Shown piece after piece: positions 63,273 to 64,000 of a DNA stretch of 64,000 nt (the first letter of the stretch is position 1; each line of letters starts with the position of its first letter). A program made the translations under genes and the position numbers. This stretch comes from Bdellovibrionota bacterium (GTDB lineage Bacteria > Bdellovibrionota > UBA1018 > CAIPTA01 > JAALKR01): positions 1 through 64,000 of the forward strand of contig CBDBMJ010000001.1 of the NCBI GenBank assembly GCA_965207455.1. The letters are read 5' to 3'. The notes beneath the pieces are model-generated. The model was not told where the DNA came from. It made no database searches and saw nothing but the letters and a program-made list of their open reading frames with translations.

Positions 63273-64000
63273 TATAAATAGCGTCTACTGTTTTTACTTC
63301 GTTCAGCATGCTGTCTAGAGAGGGTATATTGCTATCCCTCTCAATTGTGGCAGGTGTGTGAGGAATATCTTTTGCGATTCTCCTATACAATTCCAGCACT
63401 GGAGGATGGATATTTTCTCCGTGTGTATCAATAATATGGGAGCCATAATCCGTATAACCGGCTAGGTGAATTTGTTGAATGGAGTTTTTTGGGAGACGGC
63501 AAAAAGCTTCATAAGCATCAAAGTGAAAGTTTGTGCTATTGACATAGATATTATTCACATCCAGAAGTAAAGAGCAATTATACCTTTGGGTGAGTTGGTG
63601 GAGGAATTCTTCTTCAGTACTGCGTTCTTCTTTTTCACGCAAGTATACGGAGACATTTTCCACTAGGAAGGGAATTTGGAGCAGATCCTGGATTTGTTTA
63701 ATTTTCTCTCCTATTCGTTGGAGCATTTTATCTGTATAGGCAATGGGTAATAGATCGGGGCTGTACTCACCGTGGTTACCGCAAAAGCATAGGTGATCGG
63801 ATATCCATTTTGGTTGAAAGGTTTTTACTAAGGTGTGCATGCCTTCCAAGTAAGATTTATGTAGAGGTTCGGGGGAACCCAGATTAAAACCGACACAATG
63901 AAATACAAGGGGATAAATATCCGCCAAGCGCTCTAATTTATCGTAGGCTGGTGATCCTTTGTATTGATAATTATCTGCCAACACCTCGATCCAAGGCACT
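63262..64000 (-). CDS. DUF692 multinuclear non-heme iron oxidative enzyme (5' end outside the window)
   Basis: EVLADNY, FHCVG, SDHLCF, DLLP, VENVS, LLDVNNIYVN, IHLAG, IDTH, IERD. Confidence 0.9.
   Translation of the reverse strand, partial: VPWIEVLADNYQYKGSPAYDKLERLADIYPLVFHCVGFNLGSPEPLHKSYLEGMHTLVKTFQPKWISDHLCFCGNHGEYSPDLLPIAYTDKMLQRIGEKIKQIQDLLQIPFLVENVSVYLREKEERSTEEEFLHQLTQRYNCSLLLDVNNIYVNSTNFHFDAYEAFCRLPKNSIQQIHLAGYTDYGSHIIDTHGENIHPPVLELYRRIAKDIPHTPATIERDSNIPSLDSMLNEVKTVDAIYNEN

Overview
Bacterial chromosome window. Gene content and order suggest Bdellovibrionota/Oligoflexia or a related deltaproteobacterial lineage (inference). The core is housekeeping: pgsA-tRNA-Gly, glpX-miaB-guaB-guaA-dnaE-lipB-fabI, tatD/VKOR-DsbA/pgeF/rluD/MinD-like ATPase, rpsA, PIN-PhoH, rpmF-plsX-fabH-fabG-acpP-fabF-rpiB-glyA-gshB, murD and gloB. 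Five accessory regions stand out. (1) 1-8.7 kb: an AT-rich islet at the tRNA-Gly 3' end with two paralogous Ig-like/BspA surface lipoproteins and an IS; a small duplication separates the second gene from its RBS/ATG. (2) 9.5-12.9 kb: a Cyc2-like cytochrome-porin, an OMP, two cytochrome c lipoproteins and YceI. (3) 28.5-36.0 kb, the most striking feature: a three-unit tandem array in which near-identical 'lipB-fabI arms flank three different, mosaic alleles of an unknown secreted protein, each with its own promoter and structured 5'UTR. (4) 57-60 kb: paralogous orphan secreted proteins with a decayed IS630. (5) Right edge: a DUF692 (MNIO)-DUF2063-YyaL operon running off the window. No CRISPR array, rRNA or reverse transcriptase was seen.
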